Positions 37,765-46,813 of a stretch of 64,000 nucleotides of DNA are shown here, in pieces. Under the pieces are notes generated by a model that ran no database searches, was not told the DNA's origin, and saw only the letters and a list, made by a program, of their open reading frames with translations. A program made the position numbers and the translations under genes. Source of the DNA: Lysobacterales bacterium (GTDB lineage: Bacteria > Pseudomonadota > Gammaproteobacteria > Xanthomonadales > SZUA-5). The stretch lies in NCBI GenBank assembly GCA_022844165.1, contig JALHMH010000002.1, positions 32,001 through 96,000 of the forward strand, read 5' to 3'. Within the stretch, counting starts at the first letter, position 1, and each line of letters starts with the position of its first letter.

Positions 37765-38677
37765 TCTCGCGTTCCGGCTGCTCTGCGACTGGCTGGCCGC
37801 TGGCGCGCCTGCCTTGCATCCGGCAGTCCTGGCCGACGTCGACACCGTTGCGGGTTATCGGCATCTACTCGATCTCGGCCTCGCCAAGGCAGACGCCAGA
37901 CTGCTGGACGACATCACCTGCCCCTGGTGCAGCATTGGGACGTTGCATCAGGTCTGTCGAGCCCGCGGCGGAGGCAACGCGTACCGAGGGCTGTGCCTCA
38001 GTTGCGGCTGGCAGAACATCCCGGCCGCGCAACTGAGCCCCCTCCGCTTGGATCTGCCAAAAATCGCACGAGCGGCGGCAGCAGCCTTGGGTCTGGCATC
38101 GCGGTTCGAAACGCAGGAGATCGGCCAGGGGAAACTCTGGCGAATCGGCGAACGCGAGATCGCGCGCAAGCGCCACCGAGTCTGGTTCGCGCCGATGGTC
38201 GATCAAGACATCGCCCGCGCGCTCAGCGGTGAGGCGGGAATTCTGGTGTGCGTCGACGCGCCGACGCAGCTGTCGCCATCAATGGCCAGGCTGGCGCTAG
38301 TCCCGTTACGTGCCTGCGCTCACTTGCGCAAGGCCGGACTCGTCATCGAAGACCTCGAAGCCCCCGTCGGGTCAACCGGAACCAGCGAAATCGGGACGTC
38401 TCTTGCCTGCCTGAAGGATCGAGTGGTCCATGTAAACGGCGAGCGCATTGCGGTCTCACCGCAGGTGCGGAGATTCCTGGAAGTGCTAGTTGCCGCCGAC
38501 GCCAAGCCCGTCCACAAGTCGACCCTCGCCGACGCTCTCGAGATCGACGTCGACAAGTTCTCGCCTCATCAGATCTTCAAGAAGCACAAGATAGTGAAGG
38601 ATGCGTTCGTTGAAGGGGACGGCGCGGGAAGATACTGGCTGCGACCGTTGCCCGACGAGGCGCATTTCCATTCGTGA
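37751..38677 (+). CDS. Hypothetical protein with zinc ribbon and C-terminal wHTH
   Basis: CPWC...CLSCG; C-terminal OmpR-like segment VNGERIAVSPQVRRFL..GRYWL. Confidence 0.7.
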   Translation: MPKVDLAFRLLCDWLAAGAPALHPAVLADVDTVAGYRHLLDLGLAKADARLLDDITCPWCSIGTLHQVCRARGGGNAYRGLCLSCGWQNIPAAQLSPLRLDLPKIARAAAAALGLASRFETQEIGQGKLWRIGEREIARKRHRVWFAPMVDQDIARALSGEAGILVCVDAPTQLSPSMARLALVPLRACAHLRKAGLVIEDLEAPVGSTGTSEIGTSLACLKDRVVHVNGERIAVSPQVRRFLEVLVAADAKPVHKSTLADALEIDVDKFSPHQIFKKHKIVKDAFVEGDGAGRYWLRPLPDEAHFHS

Positions 38678-38860
38678 CTTCGCTGCGGTAGTCGCGCATG
38701 CCCGCGCCCTGTCCGGGCAGGTACGCTCCCCAGGTCCAATGAGGCCACCGGCCCCGGACGAGCGTCCGTATGCCAAGTGTCAACGCGAAGTGATACGATC
38801 TGGGTGTCCAGTCGACGTTGCCGAATCGTGGTTAGAACCAACCTGACATTGCTATCACGC

Positions 38861-39226
38861 ATGCGCCGGTTGAGGGTTCTCATGCTCGTTTTTGCGCTTT
38901 TTTTCGTCGCGAAGAGCGGGATTGCCTGCGGATGTCTGCCAATCGAAGCTGTCCAGGACGGCGATCTTGCTGTCGCAGTGGTCGCAAAATTCGCGGCCGC
39001 TGTCGCGGTGAGCGATGTGTTGGACTCGGACCCCATCCCCGAGGATGTGACGACGAAAGGTTGCTGTAAGCACTGTTGCTGCCAACAGCCTTCGCTTCCA
39101 CCATCCATGGTTCACCTCGTGAGCTTCGCGGTACTCCCCGCGGCTCACCTTCAGCTTCCGGCGCCGGATTCATCGAATTGGGCAACGAGCCCGTTCCGAC
39201 CTCCAATCACCACGCGGCTTGCGTGA
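38861..39226 (+). CDS. CopL/CzcI-like small Cys-rich protein
   Basis: Signal-like N-terminus, CCKHCCC, C-terminal FRPPI. Confidence 0.55.
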   Translation: MRRLRVLMLVFALFFVAKSGIACGCLPIEAVQDGDLAVAVVAKFAAAVAVSDVLDSDPIPEDVTTKGCCKHCCCQQPSLPPSMVHLVSFAVLPAAHLQLPAPDSSNWATSPFRPPITTRLA

Positions 39227-39280
39227 ATTCGGGTGCGCCGCGCAAGACGCGGTGCTCGGAAGTGAATTTGAGGTTGCCGC

Positions 39281-40222
39281 ATGAATCCGTTGTCCGCTCT
39301 GCACGCTTGGCGCGTGTTATGTCCCGTGATTGCAGCCGTGCTGCTCGTTACCCAGTCTGCCTGCGCTGAGCCGCTTGCATATGCGATCAATTCCGACAGT
39401 TTTTCAGAGTCGCAGCACGATCATCTCCTTCGCGTTGACCTGACGACGGGTGAATTTGAGGACATGGGATCGCTTCGTTTGGGCAGCGCGGCCGCGCCGT
39501 TTCTGGATGTGGAAGGACTCGCGCTTGATCCAGAAGGCCAGCTATGGGCGGTAGACGACGGCACCAAGACATTCTTCCGGATCGACATTGCTACGCTCCG
39601 CGCGGCGATTCCTGGAAGCCAGATCGGCAACCTCGGGCTACCGACGGGAATCACCGCCGGGCTGGATCTTGGGTTGACATTCGCATGTGACGGCACGGCG
39701 TTCATGTCCGGCGAAGTCAGCAAGACGCTCTATCGCATCGACCCGAGCAGTGGACGGGCTACGCCGATCGGTGCCCTTGGCGCGTTGGGCTACAAGATCA
39801 CTGATCTTGCTGTGTACGGCGATCTGATGGTCGGCTTGGGTTCTGAAGGCGACGAGGGCATTTACTCGATTGATCTTGTCAGCGGAACTGCACTACCGAT
39901 CGGAAACTTTTCCGACACGGCGCGATTCAACGACGGGGGCATCGGATTCGATGCTGACGGTCGACTGTGGGCTGTTGTTGAGGAAGGTGGCGCAGTCCCC
40001 AGCCGCGTCTACCGTATCGATTTGGCCACAGGGCGGGAGAACCTGATCAGCCCGACCACGCCCGGTATAGAAAGCCTCGCACTCACCCCGCCGCAATGTC
40101 CCGCAGCAGCAGAGCCATTGCCGCAGGAAGTCTCGGCCCTGGGATCGAAATCCGTCGGCATGCTGATCCTTGGATTTGCATTCCTCGGCATTGTCGCGCT
40201 GACCCGAAGACTGTCGGCGTGA
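39281..40222 (+). CDS. Secreted beta-propeller protein with C-terminal TM/sorting signal
   Basis: Signal peptide; repeated (Y/F)RID..TG and GLALDP/GIGFD blades; ends in TM helix plus RR. Confidence 0.7.
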   Translation: MNPLSALHAWRVLCPVIAAVLLVTQSACAEPLAYAINSDSFSESQHDHLLRVDLTTGEFEDMGSLRLGSAAAPFLDVEGLALDPEGQLWAVDDGTKTFFRIDIATLRAAIPGSQIGNLGLPTGITAGLDLGLTFACDGTAFMSGEVSKTLYRIDPSSGRATPIGALGALGYKITDLAVYGDLMVGLGSEGDEGIYSIDLVSGTALPIGNFSDTARFNDGGIGFDADGRLWAVVEEGGAVPSRVYRIDLATGRENLISPTTPGIESLALTPPQCPAAAEPLPQEVSALGSKSVGMLILGFAFLGIVALTRRLSA

Positions 40223-40346
40223 GGCTCTCAACCTGTACGGATGCAATCCATTCGCATCAATGTAATTGTGTACGGGGACCAAGGTCGACTAACCTGCGCG
40301 AATGCTGACGCCACGCTCCCGTTCAGGACTTGCGCGATTTCGGGCC

Positions 40347-40673
40347 ATGCGCTGGCCCGCGCTGGTCATGTTGTTGCTGATCCTGGTGCAGAGCATCGGC
40401 GTGGCTGCGTGCGTGGACCACGATCTGCGCGCGGATTCGGGCTCGACGACCATCGTCGTCGATGCATTGGACAATGACAACTCGGGCGCCGGCCAGCAAG
40501 TTCTGCACACCAGTGCCTGCAGTCATTGCGTGTGCCCACATTTTGCCGCACTGCCCGCCGTACACCTGCCAGCCCTGGCGGATTTGTCCGCTCACGACGC
40601 CATCGCCAGCCTCTCGTGGCTGCACACCAGCGCGCTCCTCGAAGAAGCTCTGCGACCCCCTGCTGCCGTCTGA
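40347..40673 (+). CDS. CzcI/DUF2946-like leader protein
   Basis: Signal-like N-terminus, CSHCVCPH, C-terminal LRPP; directly before czcC. Confidence 0.65.
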   Translation: MRWPALVMLLLILVQSIGVAACVDHDLRADSGSTTIVVDALDNDNSGAGQQVLHTSACSHCVCPHFAALPAVHLPALADLSAHDAIASLSWLHTSALLEEALRPPAAV

Positions 40674-40736
40674 CATGACATCCGCCTGATCGGCGCGCGT
40701 TCGCGCGCCTGACGTTGCGAATCATGAAGGACGACC

Positions 40737-42026
40737 ATGCGAACCTCGTTATGCCTGCGCATTGGCGCAGTGCTGCTGTTTTTCCTTGTGGCCCCGACCC
40801 AGGCGCACAGCCAGAGCGAAGGGACAAGCCCTGACACATCCGGACGACTCCCGGAAAACGCCCAGGCTGCGCTCCAGGCCGCGTGGGCGCGGCATCCCAC
40901 TGCAGAAGTGGCGAGCCGCGAACTCAGCGCCGCGCAGGCTCGCGCCCGTGCGGCTGGCCAGCCCGTTTACAACCCGGAAATCGAGTTCGGCGCGGAACGT
41001 GCGGACGTCGATACCGTCGAAGCGGGTATCTCGCTGACCCTCGATATCGGCGGCAAGCGACGCGCCCGATCCGACCTCGGCAGCGCTGAACTGGCGGTCG
41101 CCGGGGCGCGCTACGCACTCGCCCGGCGCGACTTCCAGCAGCAATGGCTGAGCGCGTGGTTTGCGCTAGGTACTGCTACCGAACGCGCCGAAATCGCGAG
41201 CCGTCAGCTGTCGCTGATCGAGCGCTTTGCCGACCTCGCCGAGCGGCAGCTCCGCGTCGGTGATGTTTCGACGCTGGAACGCGACCTCGCCCTGCTCGCC
41301 CGAGAAGAGGCCCGCGTGCAGTCTGCGACGCTGACGGGTCAGGCGGCGCAGGCGCGTGCGGCGATGCGGATCGCTGGCGGCGATCCTTCAGTGGTTCCCC
41401 CTGACGCCAGCGGCGTGCCGTTTCCGCAGCCCGTGCGGATCGACGATTCGCGGATTGCCGCGCTGCCTGAAGCAGTCCTGGCGGCAAACCAGAGTCTCGC
41501 GGCCGAGGCACGCGTCGTTTCGGCAGAACGCGATCGGCGCGCCGATCCAACGGTCAGCCTGCGTGGTGGCCAGGTCGACACCGGCTTCGATACCGAGCCC
41601 GTGATCGGATTGACGGTGTCGATTCCGCTGCATGTCCGCAACGACTTCCGTGCCGAAGTCGATGCGGCCCGCGGCGATGCCGACAGCCTTGCCGCACAGG
41701 TCCGCTTCGTGGAACTGGAGCTGCGGGCACGAGCGCAACAATCCGCCGAGGTTTATGTCGCGTTGCTGGATGCCTGGAAGCAATGGCAATCGAGCGGCGC
41801 CAGTGCGACGGGCGAACGCGCGGAACTGCTGGAACGCCTGTGGAAGGCCGGGGAACTCAGCACCTCCGACTATCTGGTGCAGCTCAAGCAGGCACTCGAT
41901 ACCGCACTCGCCGGCGCTGAGCTGCGCGGCGAATTGCTGCGCGCAACGCTCGACCATCTTTCTGCAGCCGGTCGTCTCGATGACTGGACCGGCATGCCCC
42001 CTGTTTCTGGAGACCTGATCCGATGA
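40737..42026 (+). CDS. czcC: Heavy-metal efflux outer membrane factor
   Basis: TolC-family helical repeats, first gene of CBA operon. Confidence 0.85.
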   Translation: MRTSLCLRIGAVLLFFLVAPTQAHSQSEGTSPDTSGRLPENAQAALQAAWARHPTAEVASRELSAAQARARAAGQPVYNPEIEFGAERADVDTVEAGISLTLDIGGKRRARSDLGSAELAVAGARYALARRDFQQQWLSAWFALGTATERAEIASRQLSLIERFADLAERQLRVGDVSTLERDLALLAREEARVQSATLTGQAAQARAAMRIAGGDPSVVPPDASGVPFPQPVRIDDSRIAALPEAVLAANQSLAAEARVVSAERDRRADPTVSLRGGQVDTGFDTEPVIGLTVSIPLHVRNDFRAEVDAARGDADSLAAQVRFVELELRARAQQSAEVYVALLDAWKQWQSSGASATGERAELLERLWKAGELSTSDYLVQLKQALDTALAGAELRGELLRATLDHLSAAGRLDDWTGMPPVSGDLIR

Positions 42027-43219
42027 TTTCGCAACGATGGATATTGCTCGGCCTGTTGGCCGCACTGACGCTGCTGGGCGCTTGTTCTGCTGATCAGGGC
42101 GAGGCGCCGAGAGACGGTGCCTCAGCCGCGGCGACGCAGGGACACGATGAGCACGAGGACAGCGAGAAGGGCCATGAAGATGAGTCTGACGGTGGCCACG
42201 ACGAGCACACGGAAGGCGAAGAAAGTCACGAGGATGAGGAAGCGTCACCATTGACCATGTCCGCCGAGCAGCTCGAAGCTGCCGGCGTGCGCTTCGAGAC
42301 CCTGGCGCCGATGGCGCTCGGCGAAGAACTGCGCGCGCCGGGCGAAGTGCTGGAAAACGCCTACGGGACCACATTGATCACGCCGAGCATTCCGGGACTG
42401 GTGGTCAAACGCCACGCGCGGCTGGGCGACGAGGTCAAGGCCGGGACGCTGCTGGTGACGCTTTCGAGCGTCGAGGTCGCGCAGGCGCAAGGCGAATTGC
42501 AACTGGCCGAGCAGGAATGGAAGCGCGTGTCTGCGCTGGGCGAGGAGGCCGTTTCCGGCCGCCGCTATTCCGAGGCGCGGATTGCCGTGGAGCAGGCGCG
42601 CGCCAAGGCCCGTGCCTATGGCATTGGCGGAAATGGCGGCGGCGGCCAGTTCTCGTTGTCCGCGCCGCACGACGGGCGCATCACCGAAGACGCGTTCACG
42701 GTCGGTGAGCGCGTCGAACCGGGACACACGCTGTTCCGACTGGTCGATGAGTCGATCGTGTGGGTCGACGCGAAACTGACTCCAGAAACCGCACGCCGCG
42801 TCCAGGTCGGCACCGAGGCCACGATCGTTGTCGAGGGCGCCAGGCTTCCAGGCAGAGTCACCCAACAAGCCCACCGCACCGCCGAGGCGACACGCAACGC
42901 GATCGTGCGCATTGAAGTCGCGAACATCGGTGATCGATTGCACTCTGGCGATTACGTCGACGCGCTGCTCAAGGTCGGCGGCGACGGCGAAATGCAGCTA
43001 GCGGTGCCCACCGGCGCACTCGTGCAGTTGGAGGGCGAAACGGTCGTGTTTCGCCGGACTTCAGACGGCGTCGAGCCAGTCGAAGTGCAGGTCGGAGCCG
43101 TCGTCGGTGGCTTCACCGTCGTTGGGGCAGGCCTCAGCCCGGGCGACAGTGTCGCCATCGAAGGCGCATTCACGCTCAAGTCGCGCCAGCTCAAGTCGCA
43201 GATTGGGGAGGACGAATGA
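42023..43219 (+). CDS. czcB: Efflux RND periplasmic adaptor
   Basis: Lipoprotein signal, His/Glu-rich N-terminus, MFP lipoyl/barrel motifs. Confidence 0.88.
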   Translation: MISQRWILLGLLAALTLLGACSADQGEAPRDGASAAATQGHDEHEDSEKGHEDESDGGHDEHTEGEESHEDEEASPLTMSAEQLEAAGVRFETLAPMALGEELRAPGEVLENAYGTTLITPSIPGLVVKRHARLGDEVKAGTLLVTLSSVEVAQAQGELQLAEQEWKRVSALGEEAVSGRRYSEARIAVEQARAKARAYGIGGNGGGGQFSLSAPHDGRITEDAFTVGERVEPGHTLFRLVDESIVWVDAKLTPETARRVQVGTEATIVVEGARLPGRVTQQAHRTAEATRNAIVRIEVANIGDRLHSGDYVDALLKVGGDGEMQLAVPTGALVQLEGETVVFRRTSDGVEPVEVQVGAVVGGFTVVGAGLSPGDSVAIEGAFTLKSRQLKSQIGEDE

Positions 43220-43364
43220 GCATTGAACTGGCCCTTGTGGGAACGGCCGCTGTAGGAGCACCCATGGCCGCAATTGCGAGCGCAGTGGCGCAGGCTCCAC
43301 TCTCCAAGTGCGTAGTTAGTGCACCAGAGCAAGCACCCGCCCACCCGCGCGAAGCAGGTGCATC

Positions 43365-46300
43365 ATGCTGAATGCCTTGGTCGAAGTTTCGCTGCGCTAC
43401 AAATTTCTGGTGTTGATCGGGTTCCTGGTGATCGGATTCCTCGGGCTGCGTGCGGTCAACACGGTCCCGATCGATGCCTTTCCGGATGTGACGCCGGTGC
43501 AGGTCAATATCTATACCGAGTCGCCGGGCCTCGCGGCCGAAGACGTCGAACAACTCATGACCTTTCCGGTCGAATCGGCATTGGCCGGACTGCCCAAGGT
43601 GCAAGAAATCCGCTCCGTGAGTCTTTTCGGCTTGTCCTATGTCTCGGTCTATTTCGAAGACGACATGGACATTTATTTCGCGCGTCAGCTGGTCAACGAG
43701 AGGCTCCAGGAAGTCGGCGACCGCCTGCCCGAGGGCTTTGGCAAACCGTCGATGGGACCGAATACTGCGAGTCTGGGTCAGGTGCTCTGGTACACGGTCG
43801 AGCGCAAGCCCGGCGTCAGCGAGGAGCAGGTCAGCGACATGGACCTGCGCACGCTGCAGGACTGGATCGTCCGGCTGGTGTTGCGCACGGCTCCGGGCGT
43901 CGATGATGTGATGTCCTGGGGCGGCGGCGAGCGCGAATTCCAGGTGCTGATCGACCCACAGCGGCTTTACGCGCGCGGGCTGGGCTTCGGCGACGTGCTC
44001 GATGCGCTGCCGATCAACAACGGCCAGGTCGGCGGCAACGTCATGGACGTCGGCGCCGAGCAGTACCTGGTGCGCGGCCTCGGTCTGGTCAAGTCGGCCG
44101 AGGACATCGGCGCGATCGTGCTCAAGGCGGAAGACGGCGTCCCGGTCTACGTGCGCGATGTCGCACGCGTGGTCGAGGCGCCGGCGCCGCGCTTTGGTGC
44201 GGTCACCCGCGATGGTGAAGAAGTGGTGCTCGGCATGGCGCTGGCGCGACTGGGTGAAAACGCCAAAGCGGTGGTCGAAGCGGTCGAGGGCAAGCTCGGC
44301 ATTGTCCGTGATGCGATGCCCGAAGGTGTCGACATCAAGCCCATCTATGCGCGCACCGAGCTGGTCAACAAGGCGGTGAGTACCGCCGTCTGGGCCTTGA
44401 TCGAGGGCTCGATCCTGGTCGCCATCATCCTGTTCCTGTTTCTGGGTGAGTTCCGATCTGCCGTGGTGGTGATCGTGGCGCTGCCAATGGCCATGCTGAT
44501 CGCGTTCATCGGCATGCAGCAGTTCGGACTGTCGGCGAACCTGATGTCGCTTGCGGGCCTCGCCATCGGCATCGGCATGATGGTCGATGGCGCCGTGGTG
44601 ATCGTCGAAAATGCCTTTCGCATCATGGCCGAACGCCGCGAGCACGGTGGTCCGGTGGATCGAACTTCGGCCGTGCTTGCCGCGGCGCGCGAGGTCGCCA
44701 ATCCGATCGCGTTCGCGATCATCATCATCATCGTGGTGTTCCTGCCGCTGTTCAGCCTCGAAGGCCTCGAGGGCAAGATGTTCAAGCCGATGGCCTTCAA
44801 CATCGCCTTCGCGATGGCCGGTTCGCTGATCCTTGCCCTGACCCTGATCCCGGTCCTGGCGGCGCTGATCCTCAAGCCCAAGGAAGAGCGCGACACCTGG
44901 CTGGTGCGCGCCGTCAAGCGCATCTATGTGCCCTTGCTTGGGCATGCGCTGGTGAGAAAAGGCGTGGTCGTCACCTTCGCGATGGTCGCCCTGGTCGGCA
45001 GCCTCGCGCTGTTCCCCTTCCTCGGCAAGGAGTTCATGCCGCAGTTGCAGGAAGGCTCGATCATGTGGCGCGTGACCGGCATTCCGTCGACGTCGCTCGA
45101 CACCTCTATCGAGACCAGCAAGCGCATCGCCGATGCCTTCAAGGAATTCCCGGAGGTCGATACCACCCTGGCGATGATCGGTCGCGCCGAGAAGGGCGAA
45201 ACCGCCGACGTCAACTACATGGAGATCTACACGGCGCTGACACCGCTCGATCAATGGACGCCAGGGCGCGACATCAAGGAGTTGGAAGAGTTGATGAAGG
45301 AGAAGCTCGAAGAGGTGGTACCGAACACCGTGCCGAGCTACACCCAGCCGATCCAGATGCGCGTCGAAGAGTTGATTTCGGGCGTACGTGCGACCCTCGC
45401 ATTGAAGCTGTACGGCGAGGACCTGAAGGAACTCGATCGCATCAGCGCAGAGTTGAAGGAAGTCCTCGAAGGCATTCCGGGCGTGGCCGATCTCTCGCTT
45501 GAAGCCAACATCGGCAAGCCGCAGATCCAGATCGAGGTCAACCGTCAGGAACTCGCCCGCCACGGCATGAACGCCGAGGAGGTGCTGACCATCGTCCGCA
45601 ATGGCCTCGGCGGTGAGCCGGTGAGCGTGCTGCTCGATGGCGTCAAGCGCTTCGATATCTCGGTGCGGCTGGAGGATGCAACGCGCAACTCGATCGAGGC
45701 GCTGCGGCGGATTCCGTTGCGCACCGCGACCGGTGCGCTGGTGCCGCTCTCGGAAGTCGCCGAGGTCACCATCGCCGAGGGTTACTCCTTCGTCCGCCGC
45801 GAGCAGTTGCAGCGTTACGCGGTGATCCAGATGGATGTGCGCGGTCGCGATGTCGACAGTTTCGTCAAGGAAGCCTCTGCTGCGATCGAACAGAAGGCGG
45901 ATCTGCCCGCGGGCTACTGGATCGAGTGGGGCGGCGCTTTCGAAAATCAGCAGCGCGCGCTGACCAAGCTGGCGGTGATTGTTCCGGTCACCATCTTCTT
46001 CATCTTCGTGCTGCTCTACACCGCGTTCAACTCGGTCAAGTACGCGGCCCTGATTCTGGCCAATGTTCCCTTCGCGACCATCGGTGGCCTGCTGGCGCTG
46101 TTCCTGACCGGCCAGTACCTCTCGGTACCCTCGGCGATCGGCTTCATCGCCGTGTTCGGCGTAGCCATGCTCAACGGCATCGTGCTGGTCAGCTTCTTGA
46201 ACGAGCTACGCGACAAGGGCTTGTCGGTTCGCGAGGCCGTCGTGCAAGGCACCACCTTGCGCCTGAGACCGGTGTTGATGACCGCGAGCGTGGCCGTCCT

Positions 46301-46484
46301 GGGTCTGGTGCCGATGCTGATTTCCACCGGGGTGGGCGCGGAAACCCAACGACCATTGGCCACGGTGGTCGTCGGCGGGCTGATCACATCGACCCTGCTC
46401 ACCCTGTTACTGCTGCCGGTGCTTTACGAGTGGCTGGAGAACCGTGCCGAACGGCGTGCTGCATTGGAGGAGGCGTCACCATGA
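43365..46484 (+). CDS. czcA: CzcA family heavy-metal RND transporter
   Basis: IDAFPDVT, GMMVDGAVVIVEN, RLRPVLMT. Confidence 0.93.
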   Translation: MLNALVEVSLRYKFLVLIGFLVIGFLGLRAVNTVPIDAFPDVTPVQVNIYTESPGLAAEDVEQLMTFPVESALAGLPKVQEIRSVSLFGLSYVSVYFEDDMDIYFARQLVNERLQEVGDRLPEGFGKPSMGPNTASLGQVLWYTVERKPGVSEEQVSDMDLRTLQDWIVRLVLRTAPGVDDVMSWGGGEREFQVLIDPQRLYARGLGFGDVLDALPINNGQVGGNVMDVGAEQYLVRGLGLVKSAEDIGAIVLKAEDGVPVYVRDVARVVEAPAPRFGAVTRDGEEVVLGMALARLGENAKAVVEAVEGKLGIVRDAMPEGVDIKPIYARTELVNKAVSTAVWALIEGSILVAIILFLFLGEFRSAVVVIVALPMAMLIAFIGMQQFGLSANLMSLAGLAIGIGMMVDGAVVIVENAFRIMAERREHGGPVDRTSAVLAAAREVANPIAFAIIIIIVVFLPLFSLEGLEGKMFKPMAFNIAFAMAGSLILALTLIPVLAALILKPKEERDTWLVRAVKRIYVPLLGHALVRKGVVVTFAMVALVGSLALFPFLGKEFMPQLQEGSIMWRVTGIPSTSLDTSIETSKRIADAFKEFPEVDTTLAMIGRAEKGETADVNYMEIYTALTPLDQWTPGRDIKELEELMKEKLEEVVPNTVPSYTQPIQMRVEELISGVRATLALKLYGEDLKELDRISAELKEVLEGIPGVADLSLEANIGKPQIQIEVNRQELARHGMNAEEVLTIVRNGLGGEPVSVLLDGVKRFDISVRLEDATRNSIEALRRIPLRTATGALVPLSEVAEVTIAEGYSFVRREQLQRYAVIQMDVRGRDVDSFVKEASAAIEQKADLPAGYWIEWGGAFENQQRALTKLAVIVPVTIFFIFVLLYTAFNSVKYAALILANVPFATIGGLLALFLTGQYLSVPSAIGFIAVFGVAMLNGIVLVSFLNELRDKGLSVREAVVQGTTLRLRPVLMTASVAVLGLVPMLISTGVGAETQRPLATVVVGGLITSTLLTLLLLPVLYEWLENRAERRAALEEASP

Positions 46485-46801
46485 AGCAGATCAAGGCATT
46501 CGTGCATCGGGGCCGCGTCGCCGACATCGTGCACAACTTGCGTGAGGCAGGGTTCACGCGGATCGGACTGATCGACGTCAAGGGCCTGCTGCACGCGCTA
46601 TCGGCGCGCGAGCAGGAGTACTCCGTCGAACTTGGCGAGCAGGTGACCTCGGAGATCCAGATCGAACTGTTCTGCGAGGACGACCAGGTGGACACCGCGG
46701 TTGCTCTGGTGCGCCAGCACGGCCGGACCGGCAAACGCGATGCCGGCTTTGTCTATGTCAGCAGCGTCGATGCGGCATTCCCCATCGATTCGCGCGACTG
46801 A
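46481..46801 (+). CDS. P-II-like protein
   Basis: MKQIKAFV...GRTGKRDAGFVYV. Confidence 0.8.
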   Translation: MKQIKAFVHRGRVADIVHNLREAGFTRIGLIDVKGLLHALSAREQEYSVELGEQVTSEIQIELFCEDDQVDTAVALVRQHGRTGKRDAGFVYVSSVDAAFPIDSRD

Positions 46802-46813
46802 GGCGCGCAACGG

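Larger units (their letters stand above)
1..38700. mobile_element. Lambda-like (cos-type) prophage; continues beyond left edge, right boundary approximate
   Basis: Ordered tail tube, gpE-like capsid, gpD, S49 protease, portal, gpW, gpA terminase, cos, primase/helicase, serine recombinase, XRE/ImmA; att sites not identified. Confidence 0.92.

Noticed and set aside
32700-38800. Possible invertible recombinase/immunity block or attR site
   Set aside because: Only weak TGCCCG similarity between the flanks; no convincing inverted or direct repeat, and the other prophage end is outside the window
43220-43364. 145-bp czcB-czcA spacer with TGTGGGA/TGTAGGAGC REP-like starts
   Set aside because: Degenerate, no clean palindrome or second copy; cannot support a call
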